In this document: positions 50,238 to 60,002 of the stretch, one piece after another
Layout: each line of letters begins with the position of its first letter
Position numbering within the stretch: the first letter of the stretch is position 1
NCBI GenBank assembly: GCA_050633245.1
Contig: JBOEGD010000011.1
Location: forward strand, 492,985-556,984
Source of the DNA: Calditrichia bacterium
GTDB lineage: Bacteria > Calditrichota > Calditrichia > RBG-13-44-9 > J075
Reading direction: 5' to 3'
DNA: 64,000 nt
Position numbers and translations under genes: made by a program
Notes under the pieces: model-generated
What the model was told of the DNA's origin: nothing
Databases searched by the model: none
Seen by the model: the letters and a program-made list of their open reading frames with translations, nothing else

Positions 50238-53200
50238 TTATTTCAAATAAATAAGGCGTTTCGTTTGAACAAAATCTCCAGCGACAATCCGATAAATATA
50301 GATACCACTTGCTACCTTGGCACCCTTCGCATCATCACCATGCCACTGTACTGAATAGCGGCCTGCGGAACGACGCTCGCCTATCAGTTCACGTACAAGA
50401 CTTCCCGTAATGTCGTAAACTTTCAACGACACATTACTATCTTTCGCCAGAGCAAACGAAATTGTTGTGCTCGGATTAAATGGGTTCGGATAGTTCTGAT
50501 CTAGTGCAAAGGCAGCTGGTGCACCTAAAAGGCTTTGCTGCTCTTGCTGCTGAGCAATATTGGTATTAGTGCGACCGGCAACTTCTACCTCATCCACATA
50601 TATCCAATCGCTATTGCCACTGGCATCATTTCGGAAACGCACATACAGAGTATTGCCAATACCATTTGCAGCAAGATCAAATTCCAGACCCGTTACGTTA
50701 TAAAACGTATTGTTATTGAAGTCGACTCCACGTGCAAAAGTGGCAATGGTAGTCCAGTTACTGCCATTATTTGAAATCTGTACCCAAAAGTCTTCATTCA
50801 ACTCCATGCTGCGTGAGTAGAATGAGAACTGAATTCGTCCTTCATCATAACCAGCAACGTTAAAACCATTGGTTGACGTAAAAACAGATGTGCTGGTATT
50901 GTCTCGAATACGAACACAGAAGGTTCCCTGGGCAGCATAATTGGCATCTCTTGAACTGCGGCGACAGTCGGAGCCACCATCAAAGTAATTACCCCAGCCT
51001 GCTTCGAAATCATCGAATGCAAGAATATCCCAATCACCTGTCGGAGGATCAGAAATTGTTGCTGTGGTATTATCCGTATCCTGCAGGCCACCATTATCCG
51101 TAACCGTTAGAGACACATTATACGTTCCTGCAGTTGCATAGGTATGGCTTGGATTTGCAGCAGTTGAGGTTCCACCATCACCAAAATTCCAGAGATATCC
51201 GGTGATTGTGCCATCACTATCATTAGACCCTGCGCTGCTAAAACTTACTGCTACACCGGTGTCGCCGGAGTAAGGTCCATTGGCATCGGCCGTTGGTGCG
51301 ACATTCGCTGCTCCACCCGTAACCGAAATATCGTCCCAGGCATGCCCATCTATAGCAATCGAATAGTTGTCATATTGCTGAAACTTAATCACAAATGTGC
51401 TGCTCAGGCTCAGACCATTAGCAGAGGCTAGTTGATCTATATCGAGGTTAAAATTGCTCCAGACATTATTCGTAAAGCTCTGTCCGTTTAAATCCTGCAC
51501 CTTTGTAAAACTGGCACCATCATTATCAGACAAGAACACGCCGTCCTGAACATGATTCTCATCGCTGAAGTCTTTCCACCAGAAATCGAGCTCAACCTGA
51601 GACTCTCCGGAAAGGTCGAGGCGGAGCCACGCTTCATTTTGTGAAAAGGAGCCACCGTTTAGATTATCATCCATGGTTAAATGAAAACTACCGGTTCTCG
51701 GCGTATTTGCAGAGGTAACCAGAATACGTCCTTCTGAACCACCGGCAATGAGTGTCCAGAACTGATCGGTAGCTCCACTTTCAAAACCTGTTGAATATGG
51801 CAGTGACGCATAATTTCCACCAGGAAATGAGATGTTTGCAGTTGCATTATCACTACCGCTGAAACCGCCATCATCAGTAACCTGCAGTGTTACGTTATAG
51901 GTACCACCTGTTGCGTAGGTATGTGAAGGATTCGCCGCTGTCGATGTTCCTCCATCGCCAAAATTCCATAGATAACTAACAATCGTTCCGTCACTGTCAA
52001 AAGAACCCGCACTGCTAAAACTGACAGAGGCACCAGCTGCGCCGCTATAGGGTCCATTGGCTTCTGCGACCGGAGCCTGATTACCTGTTCCACCTATGGT
52101 AAACGGAGAAACATATGTCAGTGCTGCGCCCGTCCGGTTGTCTGTCCATGCCGGATACACATTTCCACCGTTGGCAGCAATTGCCAAATAGTCACCAAAG
52201 TACCCGCCGGCCAAGCCTGGAATAGGTGAAGGAGTAAAGGTAACATCGCTCACTTGAAAATCGACCCAACTATTACCCGCGTCCTGAGATACCGAGACAT
52301 AAACCTGGCATTGCGTGTTACCGACATTTCTATCATCATAATAGATTACAGACAGATCACCGGTAACGGGATCACAAGTAATCCATGGTGAAAAGTGCTC
52401 ATTACCCTGTCCGGTGGGATCCTGATTTACGCGAATCGGGCTACTCCAGCTGGCTCCCTGGTTTGTGGAACGAATAATGTAAACGTCTTTATCATTGCCA
52501 GTATTTACTCCCGGCACACCGACATTCGTCCAAACCATATAAAGATTACCATTGTTCGCTCCCCCGCTGATATCCACAGCTGAAACCGGGAATGAATTCG
52601 TTCGCATGTTTTTGCCGGTTCCGGTTACGCGAATACCACGCGTTCCGGTAATAATATTTGCGGCAGTCCACGTTACACCACCATCAAAAGACCGACTAAG
52701 ACCATAGGCTGGTTCATCCTGCACACCACCGCTGGTATAGTTGGTATAGAAAGCATATACTTCGCCATTTGGGCCGGTCTGCACATGCACACCCTGCTGA
52801 TAGGGTCCAAGATTATTAGAGATATTCTGGCGTGTTGTCCAGGAGGTACCATTGTTTGTTGACCTGGAAATTACAATGTTTCCATCGAAGGCCCCGCCAA
52901 AGTCGGTCCATGCAGAATACAGACGCCCCTGATAAGGACTGCCCGGGCTATTATCTACCCAAAAGTGGTTCTTGTCTGCTAAACTTCCCGGGTTTGGGCC
53001 GATTTGAACATCAGTCCAACTGCTGCCCTCATTGTCTGAGTAGGCAACACCTTGCCCGCCATTCGCTGCAATGTAGCCAACGAAGTAGCGCCCGGCGAGA
53101 TTGATCGCTGCGGCAGGGTCTCCCGAGTTTCCACCACCGGTTCCCTGAATAGAGCCGGTAAAACTTGAAGCACCGTTCGAGCTCATAAATCCACTGGTTC

Positions 53201-53561
53201 CGAAAACCGTGGAGACCGGGTTGTTGGTCGAGTTGTTCGAATTCAGAACTTTCGTATTGTCATTGGGATTGACGAAGATAGAGTTTTCACTCTGGGTGGT
53301 ATTACTGGCACTGGTAACTGCTACATCAGGATTGTTATCGCCAATCGCCATCGACGACAATCCGGATTGCATTGATTCAATCGCTTCCGGAACTTCAACT
53401 TCTGGATTTAGTGGAACAAGCCCCCGCTCCCCCAGCTCTTGCCAGTATTGCTGACTCCAGATTCGCTCATCAATTTCCACCGCAGCCTTATCCTGCGCGA
53501 ATGAAAACTGCAGAGCCATCATAATCAGCAACACAGAGCTAATAGTCACTCGTCTTAACAT
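50238..53561 (-). CDS. Secreted BNR/sialidase-like propeller protein with two PKD domains and CTD
   Basis: Asp-boxes (SDNEGSSW, STNNGTSW, SFDGGVTW, SQDAGNSW); two SSAGS.DSDGTI..YLWNFGDG...NPSHTYA PKD repeats; QNYPNPFNP. Confidence 0.88.
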   Translation of the reverse strand: MLRRVTISSVLLIMMALQFSFAQDKAAVEIDERIWSQQYWQELGERGLVPLNPEVEVPEAIESMQSGLSSMAIGDNNPDVAVTSASNTTQSENSIFVNPNDNTKVLNSNNSTNNPVSTVFGTSGFMSSNGASSFTGSIQGTGGGNSGDPAAAINLAGRYFVGYIAANGGQGVAYSDNEGSSWTDVQIGPNPGSLADKNHFWVDNSPGSPYQGRLYSAWTDFGGAFDGNIVISRSTNNGTSWTTRQNISNNLGPYQQGVHVQTGPNGEVYAFYTNYTSGGVQDEPAYGLSRSFDGGVTWTAANIITGTRGIRVTGTGKNMRTNSFPVSAVDISGGANNGNLYMVWTNVGVPGVNTGNDKDVYIIRSTNQGASWSSPIRVNQDPTGQGNEHFSPWITCDPVTGDLSVIYYDDRNVGNTQCQVYVSVSQDAGNSWVDFQVSDVTFTPSPIPGLAGGYFGDYLAIAANGGNVYPAWTDNRTGAALTYVSPFTIGGTGNQAPVAEANGPYSGAAGASVSFSSAGSFDSDGTIVSYLWNFGDGGTSTAANPSHTYATGGTYNVTLQVTDDGGFSGSDNATANISFPGGNYASLPYSTGFESGATDQFWTLIAGGSEGRILVTSANTPRTGSFHLTMDDNLNGGSFSQNEAWLRLDLSGESQVELDFWWKDFSDENHVQDGVFLSDNDGASFTKVQDLNGQSFTNNVWSNFNLDIDQLASANGLSLSSTFVIKFQQYDNYSIAIDGHAWDDISVTGGAANVAPTADANGPYSGDTGVAVSFSSAGSNDSDGTITGYLWNFGDGGTSTAANPSHTYATAGTYNVSLTVTDNGGLQDTDNTTATISDPPTGDWDILAFDDFEAGWGNYFDGGSDCRRSSRDANYAAQGTFCVRIRDNTSTSVFTSTNGFNVAGYDEGRIQFSFYSRSMELNEDFWVQISNNGSNWTTIATFARGVDFNNNTFYNVTGLEFDLAANGIGNTLYVRFRNDASGNSDWIYVDEVEVAGRTNTNIAQQQEQQSLLGAPAAFALDQNYPNPFNPSTTISFALAKDSNVSLKVYDITGSLVRELIGERRSAGRYSVQWHGDDAKGAKVASGIYIYRIVAGDFVQTKRLIYLK

Positions 53562-53838
53562 ACAAGTACCTCCTAAAAAATAAATAATTGGATGTATTAT
53601 AACACAGATAATCTGTGAATTTTACAATGGCACCAGCACCGGCCAGCGGGGTATAATCGATAAATATGCGAAAAAGTAGGATACGTTTAATCTGAATTGC
53701 TGTCTGATGGCAATGTATTACGAAGAGAAAAACTCTCTTTTTGGCCAACGCATCATGTAGTGAGTCACCACCTTATATGCGTAATAATATTAAAAAAGGC
53801 AAGAAAAATATCGTCAAACGTGATAATGTTACAGTAAG

Positions 53839-53856
53839 TGTCGCCATCTTACGACA
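53839..53856. promoter_or_regulatory. Palindromic candidate enhancer (bEBP) site
   Basis: TGTCG-N8-CGACA, about 150 bp upstream of the sigma54-like site. Confidence 0.45.
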
Positions 53857-54004
53857 GTTATTTCAACTTGGTATTTCCCCTTTCGAACAAATGCATATTC
53901 TGCACCTGCGTGCAAACAAGATCTTCTTCAACATAAGAGTGTTATGTAAGAGAGATATACGTATCTCCCTGTTTTCAAAGAACATAAGAAAGACACCGTT
54001 GATT

Positions 54005-54019
54005 TGGCATGCGCTTTGT
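54005..54019 (+). promoter_or_regulatory. Candidate sigma54 (-24/-12) promoter
   Basis: TGGCATGCGCTTTGT, 44 bp before ATG 54064. Confidence 0.65.
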
Positions 54020-54063
54020 CTTATTTGTAGACAAACAGATCATTCAAACAGGAGCACTAAAAC

Positions 54064-55821
54064 ATGAACATGAGACAAAATATTCTGCGCATTAAACTCC
54101 TTCTGGTTTTATTCACTATTCTGAGTTTTCTAACCATGCCATCAAATGTATTTGCAAGTGACGATATTGAAGTTGAGGGGATTGTGCAGGCTGTTGAATC
54201 AGATAATTTAACAGTGCAAGGAATCGTTTTTTATGTCGATGCCAATACAGAAATAGAAAATGATGACGGCGATCCGATTGCACTCAGCGACATTCATGTT
54301 GGCAATTTTGTTGAGGTCGAAGGTGATATCCAAGCAGACAGCACCTACCTTGCTACTGAAATAGAACTCGAACATAATAATTCAGGTAATGAAGTTCGCA
54401 TAGAAGGATTAATTTCGGATCTTGGCAGCAATTACCTAAGTATTTCCGGAACGATGTTCTTCGTAGACAACAACACACGAATCCGCGATGAAAACGAAAA
54501 TCCACTGGATTTCGCAGATTTGATGATTGGAGATGATGCAAAAGTTCGCGCCGAACGACAAGCAGACAGCACGCTATTGGCTACACGAATAGATCTCGAT
54601 GATGACAATAACTCAACCGAAATTGAGATCACCGCGCAAATCGAAGACATCTTCGGTGACAGTCTGATAGTTGGTGGAATTACATTTTTCATCGACGCAA
54701 ATACCCGCATAGAAGATGATGACGATAATCCGATCAGTTTTTCCGATCTGCAAATCGGCATGCTGGTTGAAATTGAAGGCTACGTGAAGCAAGATGGAAC
54801 AATTCGCGCCAAAGAGATTGAAATTGAGGGCTTCTTCAATGATGAGTTTGAAATAAAAGGAATGATAGACAGCCTTGGAATAGATTTTCTCTACGTCCTT
54901 GATAATCGCTTCGACGTTTCCACAAACACGATTGTGCTGGATGACGACAATAACCTGATCGCTTTTTCAGACTTGTCAACAGGACTTATTGTTGAAGTAC
55001 GGGCAGATTTACAGGCAAACGGCAACTGGCTCGCAACGCGTATTAAGATTGAAGACGATAATAACAATGACTTTGAAGTACGGGCCTTAATAGACGCTCT
55101 TAGCACCAATACTATTCAAGCTGGTGGCCGTGAGTTCACTGTGAATGGAAATACTCTCGTTCTCGACAACTTCAACCACCCAATAAGCTTTTCCGATCTT
55201 ACGGTTGGATTACTGGTAGAGATTAGAGGAGTTTTCCAAACGACCAACAACCTTCTTGCGATTAAAATCAAGGTAGAAGACAGTCCCAATTTCTCCAGAA
55301 TTAGCGGTAATGTAACTGATATTTCAGGCAGCAATATTCGTGTGAACCAACCGGAGTTCGTTATCAGCCCGTCCGTTATCGTATTAAATGAATTTTATCA
55401 GCCGATAACAATAAGCGACATCGCAGTTGGGTCAAACGTAACCTTGTGGGCAGATAATACGAGCCAGCCAACGGCCATACAAATCCAGCGCAACAGTGGT
55501 AGTCCAACGGGCGTTAAACCGAATGAAGAGCCACTCATTGATGCGTTTCTTCTAAGGCAGAATTATCCGAATCCATTTAATCCATCGACGACAATACCGG
55601 TGGAAATAAATAGAGCCGTCGATATTGAGTTGAGCGTGTTTAATGTGCTAGGCCAAAAAGTAGTCACACTCCATTCAGGCAATCTTGCTCCCGGCAGCTA
55701 TCGATTCCAATGGAGCGGCAGTGATGCAAACGGATTCACCGTTGCTGGCGGTGTCTACTATTATCAGTTGATAATTGATACGCAGATCTCATCTGGTAAA
55801 AAAATGATTCTACTTAAATAA
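54064..55821 (+). CDS. Secreted DUF5666-repeat protein with CTD
   Basis: Five clear and one degenerate ~75-aa repeat (EV.G.I......L.V.G..F.VD.NT.I.D....I.FSDL.VG..VEV.G....LA..I.IE); QNYPNPFNP. Confidence 0.85.
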   Translation: MNMRQNILRIKLLLVLFTILSFLTMPSNVFASDDIEVEGIVQAVESDNLTVQGIVFYVDANTEIENDDGDPIALSDIHVGNFVEVEGDIQADSTYLATEIELEHNNSGNEVRIEGLISDLGSNYLSISGTMFFVDNNTRIRDENENPLDFADLMIGDDAKVRAERQADSTLLATRIDLDDDNNSTEIEITAQIEDIFGDSLIVGGITFFIDANTRIEDDDDNPISFSDLQIGMLVEIEGYVKQDGTIRAKEIEIEGFFNDEFEIKGMIDSLGIDFLYVLDNRFDVSTNTIVLDDDNNLIAFSDLSTGLIVEVRADLQANGNWLATRIKIEDDNNNDFEVRALIDALSTNTIQAGGREFTVNGNTLVLDNFNHPISFSDLTVGLLVEIRGVFQTTNNLLAIKIKVEDSPNFSRISGNVTDISGSNIRVNQPEFVISPSVIVLNEFYQPITISDIAVGSNVTLWADNTSQPTAIQIQRNSGSPTGVKPNEEPLIDAFLLRQNYPNPFNPSTTIPVEINRAVDIELSVFNVLGQKVVTLHSGNLAPGSYRFQWSGSDANGFTVAGGVYYYQLIIDTQISSGKKMILLK

Positions 55822-55845
55822 GAACCCCTTGCAGTACCGCATAAA

Positions 55846-55885
55846 GAAGTCGTCCTTGAGACATGGTCAGTCTGAGGGCGACTTC
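55846..55885 (+). terminator. Probable terminator hairpin
   Basis: GAAGTCGTCCTTGAGAC/GTCTGAGGGCGACTTC stem, weak T tail. Confidence 0.55.
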
Positions 55886-55962
55886 ACTTCTTCGATCACT
55901 TGTTCACCGTTCAGCAATCTTGCCCTTTGAACTGCGCCGTTTCCGTCTTATTATTTATCAAC

Positions 55963-57813
55963 ATGAAAAGTCTTGGATTTAAAATCGGTCTCGGTTACGC
56001 GATAATCATTGCCATTAATCTGGTTCTGGCGATCTTCGCTGTCTACTATATCAACCAGCTGGGCAGCCCGGTCGATACAATCTTACGCGAAAACTATCGC
56101 AACGTAAACGCGCCCAGCAATATGCGTGAAGCATTAAAGAAACAGGAGCTGGCACAATATGATATGGTTGAGAGTGGTTTCGATTCCTCAGGCATCGAGC
56201 GTTTTATCACTTTCCAAAATGAATTTCACAACTGGCACCAACGAGCAATCGAAGCAATTGCATTGCCGCGTGAGCCCGCATTGCTGGACAGTATTAAGAA
56301 TGTATATGCTCTCTATTTGATTAAGTCGAGATTATTGCAACAGAAGCTTCAAGAAAGCGAGCCGCCATCGGCAATAATATTATTGCAGGAAGACTCCATA
56401 TTTCCGCTGGTGACTCGCATCGAGCAATTGTGTAATAATCTGCAGAGGGTAAACGAGCAGGCCATCGAGCAGGCAGATACGCGATCTGATCAAATATCCA
56501 ATCGTGCAACAACCTTCATTATCTCCGTCGCTCTCTTTGCCATCGTCGCAAGTATTTTAATCAGTATGCAGTTCATGCAGTCTATTCTCAAACCTATTCG
56601 GGAAACAACCGAAACTGTTCGACAAATTGGACAGGGCAACCTGAACACGAAAGTCGCAATTTCAACTAATGATGAAATCGGTGAACTGGGACGTGAATTC
56701 AATAAAATGACCGAGCGGCTTGAAACATATGAACGGATGAATATCAATCGCGTTCTTCTGGAGAAGAAAAAGTCTGAAGCAATTGTCTCTGAAATCCCGG
56801 TAGCTATTTTCGTAACGGACGAACACAATCAGCTATCGCACATGAATTTACGCGCGCAGCAGCTATTGGAAATAGAAGGCAATTGGCAGGGCAAGCAGAT
56901 AGGACAGATAATAAATGAACCTGCCTTGCTCGATCTATTGAAAAAACATGACTCATCTCTTCAAGCACAGGGTAACAAACAGCTGGTGACACTGCAAAGA
57001 GAGCCGGAAGAGCTCCACCTCTGGCTACGCAGAATCCAAATTGATGACCCTGAAACCAGCAGCTTAATTGGAACCGTTACCCTGCTGCAGGATGTGACCA
57101 GCTTTAAGAACCTGGACCGTTTAAAATCTGAGTTTATGGCAGTCATCTCACATGAAATCCGCACACCGCTTACGTCGATTCACCTGGCTCTGGACATCCT
57201 ACTTCGTGAGGTAAAGGGTGCAATAAATAATGCGCAACAAGAGCTCCTATCTGATGCGCGTAGCGATTCGGAGCGTTTAAAAACACTTGTAAAAGATCTG
57301 CTGGATCTCTCCAAACTCGAAAGTGGCAGTCTTGGTATGTCATTTGAGCAAACAGACATGTCTGAGTTTATTGAGCAAGCAGTGCTCCCACTCAGGTTCG
57401 TTTTAGAACAACGTAAAATCTCCCTTAACATAATGATCGGAAAGCACCTGCTTCCAATGAGCGTCGACCGACATCATCTGGCACGTGCATTGCTAAATTT
57501 AGTAGAAAATGCCATTGAACATTCACCAAACGATTCCAGTATCGGGGTTACCGTTACTCAGACAGACGAAACCGGCGTTTTTCAAATCAATGATAGCGGA
57601 GCTGGCATCCCCGAAGAAGCCGTCGATTTAATATTTGACAAATTTATTCAAGTGAAGAGCTTTGGAGATAGCGAGACAGGCAATATCGGTCTCGGACTTG
57701 CAATAGCACGCGAGGTTATTAGAGCACATGCAGGAAGTATATGGGTAACAAGCGAATTGGGAGAAGGAAGTCGCTTCTTTTTTGAAATCCCTATTCAACA
57801 GGTAGACAATTAA
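55963..57813 (+). CDS. KinB-like sensor histidine kinase (TM-sensor-TM-HAMP-PAS-HisKA-HATPase)
   Basis: ILRENYR, DEIGELGREFNKM, SHEIRTPL, NLVENAI, DSGAGI, IFDKF, GLGLAI, GSRFFF. Confidence 0.92.
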   Translation: MKSLGFKIGLGYAIIIAINLVLAIFAVYYINQLGSPVDTILRENYRNVNAPSNMREALKKQELAQYDMVESGFDSSGIERFITFQNEFHNWHQRAIEAIALPREPALLDSIKNVYALYLIKSRLLQQKLQESEPPSAIILLQEDSIFPLVTRIEQLCNNLQRVNEQAIEQADTRSDQISNRATTFIISVALFAIVASILISMQFMQSILKPIRETTETVRQIGQGNLNTKVAISTNDEIGELGREFNKMTERLETYERMNINRVLLEKKKSEAIVSEIPVAIFVTDEHNQLSHMNLRAQQLLEIEGNWQGKQIGQIINEPALLDLLKKHDSSLQAQGNKQLVTLQREPEELHLWLRRIQIDDPETSSLIGTVTLLQDVTSFKNLDRLKSEFMAVISHEIRTPLTSIHLALDILLREVKGAINNAQQELLSDARSDSERLKTLVKDLLDLSKLESGSLGMSFEQTDMSEFIEQAVLPLRFVLEQRKISLNIMIGKHLLPMSVDRHHLARALLNLVENAIEHSPNDSSIGVTVTQTDETGVFQINDSGAGIPEEAVDLIFDKFIQVKSFGDSETGNIGLGLAIAREVIRAHAGSIWVTSELGEGSRFFFEIPIQQVDN

Positions 57814-57826
57814 ATCGGGATATTGA

Positions 57827-59158
57827 ATGATCTCTGAAACAGTTACAGTGCATAGTGCATCGGTTTTGCTCGTAGATGACGAACCGACAATTCTAAAGAC
57901 AGTCTGCATCTGCCTGGAAGACATGGGGCTAAAAGTAACAAAAACCACGAACCCCTCTGAAGCGGTGGAGCTCGCTGGCGCTAAAAGGTTTGACATTGCA
58001 TTTGTAGATCTGAAAATGAAGCCACTAAACGGGCTTCAGGTGTTGCAAAAACTAAGCGACATCTCTCCGAATACACTGGTTGTTATTATTACTGCTCATG
58101 GAGACATCTCCAGCGCCATAGCTGCAATAAAACAAGGTGCGCACGATTACCTTCAGAAGCCGTTTGACTTCGATGAACTACAGGCATTTACCAGCAGCCT
58201 ACTCGAATATCATCGCTTTCAGCAGGACAGCTCAGATGAGAGCATGGATACCAGCGAAGGTTTTCCAGGCTTTATCACATGCAACGCACCAACAGAACAG
58301 ACTCTGCGACTGGCGAGGCGTGTTGCCAAAACCGATTTAAGCGTTTTGATTGAAGGAGAAAGCGGTACGGGAAAAGAAGTTATTGCACAGCTGATTCACA
58401 AGCAGAGCTCACGCGCAGAGCAACCGTTTGTTGCAGTAAACTGTGCTGCACTTTCTGAATCATTGCTTGAAAGCGAGCTTTTTGGTCACACCAAGGGCAG
58501 TTTTACCGGGGCAATAAAGGATCGAGTCGGACGCTTTGAGAGTGCAAACAAAGGGACAATCTTTCTGGATGAGATTGGTGAGCTCTCCCCTGCTCTTCAA
58601 GCCAAGCTTCTACGTGTTTTACAAGAGAGTGAAATCGAGCGCGTTGGCAGCAATAAAACAATAAAAATTGATGTTCGCATTCTCTCGGCAACCCATGTAC
58701 ATCTGGAATCAGCCATCGCCGAAAAAAGATTTCGCGAGGATCTGTTCTATCGACTGAATACCGTGCGCCTGAGTCTGCCACCGCTTCGTGAACGTCGGGA
58801 AGACATTCCGCTTTTAATCAGGCATTTTCTAAAGAATGAGACGAGCAGGCCTAATTTCTCGCAGGAAGCCTTGCAATTACTTTGCAAACATAGCTGGCCG
58901 GGCAACGTAAGAGAACTAGAGAATATTGTTATGCGCCTTTCGGCTCTTCATCCGAATTCAAAAATTCGTGCGGCCGATATTCCGGCAGACTTACATATCA
59001 TTAATTCAGATGCAGGAAGGCTGCTTTCTTTGGAAGAGACTGAAAAGTTGCATATTAAGAACGTCTTAAGTTCAGCATCAGACCTGGCAGATGCCGCCCG
59101 CATTTTAGGTATTGATCCGGCCACGCTGTGGCGCAAGCGGAAAAAATACAACCTTTAA
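57827..59158 (+). CDS. Sigma54-dependent response regulator (AlgB/NtrC-like)
   Basis: LLVDDE, FVDLKM; GESGTGKE, ESELFGH.KGSFTGA, FLDEIGE, FREDLFYRL, WPGNVREL; HTH LGIDPATLWRKRK. Confidence 0.95.
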   Translation: MISETVTVHSASVLLVDDEPTILKTVCICLEDMGLKVTKTTNPSEAVELAGAKRFDIAFVDLKMKPLNGLQVLQKLSDISPNTLVVIITAHGDISSAIAAIKQGAHDYLQKPFDFDELQAFTSSLLEYHRFQQDSSDESMDTSEGFPGFITCNAPTEQTLRLARRVAKTDLSVLIEGESGTGKEVIAQLIHKQSSRAEQPFVAVNCAALSESLLESELFGHTKGSFTGAIKDRVGRFESANKGTIFLDEIGELSPALQAKLLRVLQESEIERVGSNKTIKIDVRILSATHVHLESAIAEKRFREDLFYRLNTVRLSLPPLRERREDIPLLIRHFLKNETSRPNFSQEALQLLCKHSWPGNVRELENIVMRLSALHPNSKIRAADIPADLHIINSDAGRLLSLEETEKLHIKNVLSSASDLADAARILGIDPATLWRKRKKYNL

Positions 59159-59161
59159 TCG

Positions 59162-59251
59162 TGCATTTTGCAAGACAGCTTTAACTATATAATCTGCTTG
59201 GTTTAACTCTCCCTTTTATCTCTCAATTAAAATTTGTACTGCATTTTGCAA
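59162..59251. promoter_or_regulatory. Two identical candidate enhancer sites TGCATTTTGCAA
   Basis: Exact copies at 59162-59173 and 59240-59251, upstream of the sigma54-like site. Confidence 0.65.
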
Positions 59252-59332
59252 TAACAACTACAGCTTCGCACCTCCCCAGCGAAAAGCCTTAAACTATTGT
59301 TTTTAAACAACTAAAGAACAGCACAAGGATTA

Positions 59333-59347
59333 TGGCATCCTTCTTGA
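59333..59347 (+). promoter_or_regulatory. Candidate sigma54 (-24/-12) promoter of the exbB operon
   Basis: TGGCATCCTTCTTGA, 32 bp before GTG 59380. Confidence 0.65.
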
Positions 59348-59379
59348 ATTACTTCCGGCAAACAAATGGAGGTAACAAG

Positions 59380-59982
59380 GTGGTTGAACTTTATCTAATG
59401 GGCGGTGCTTTTATGCACCCCATCCTGCTGCTGTTAATCATGGGGATTGCCCTGGGCATTTTTAAGCTCTTGCAATTGCTGATTGTCCGAGGCAAATCCA
59501 GAACTCTTTTGAATGGAATTGGAACAGTTCTTAAGAAAGACACTCTTGATGCAGCACTTGGCAAGTGTGAAAAGACACCCGGACCGATAGCATCCGTTCT
59601 GCATGCAGGTTTAATCCGCTATCAAAAAGGTGGCGCCGGCATGTCCAGCACGATGAGTGCAGTTGGCGACATAGAATACTCCTTCCTGGAGCGAGGCCTT
59701 TCCTGGCTAAATTTCATTATCGTGGTTGCCCCATTATTGGGCTTTACAGGAACGGTTTGGGGAATGGTCGTAGCCTTCGAGCAAATCAGCTTAGTCGATG
59801 ATGTGAGTCCGGCGATTGTCGCTGGCGGCATATCTCAGGCCCTACTAACAACGCTTTTCGGGTTACTTGTTGCAATGATCGTTCATTTTTTTCACAACCT
59901 CACCTCGGCAAAGCTGGATAAAATTCTTACCGATATGGAGGAAGCTGCTCTTTCGTTAATGGAAAGACTTGATGCGTACTAA
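59380..59982 (+). CDS. exbB: MotA/TolQ/ExbB proton channel protein
   Basis: GGAFMHPI, APLLGFTGTVWGM..AF, GGISQALLTT.FGL.VA; GTG after GGAGG. Confidence 0.9.
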   Translation: MVELYLMGGAFMHPILLLLIMGIALGIFKLLQLLIVRGKSRTLLNGIGTVLKKDTLDAALGKCEKTPGPIASVLHAGLIRYQKGGAGMSSTMSAVGDIEYSFLERGLSWLNFIIVVAPLLGFTGTVWGMVVAFEQISLVDDVSPAIVAGGISQALLTTLFGLLVAMIVHFFHNLTSAKLDKILTDMEEAALSLMERLDAY

Positions 59983-60002
59983 TTCAGAACTCAGAGGTTT
60001 CT

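Noticed and set aside
51040-52090. Duplicated DNA segments within the BNR/PKD gene
   Set aside because: Explained by two PKD domains; no reverse transcriptase or adenine-specific variation suggesting a DGR.
53539-54067. ORFs 53539-53748 and 53741-54067
   Set aside because: They cover a divergent promoter region containing the sigma54-like site and palindrome; TTG-type starts and no protein motifs.
55963-59158. Link between the KinB/AlgB-like system and the alginate locus
   Set aside because: The resemblance is to Pseudomonas alginate biosynthesis regulators. The catabolic locus is 45 kb away, has its own GntR operators, and I saw no sigma54 motif there.
59332-59379. N-terminal extension of exbB, and similar extensions of gntR, GNAT, TetR and the kinase
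   Set aside because: Most overlap predicted promoters, operators or REP DNA, and downstream starts fit the protein N-termini better, usually with a clear RBS.
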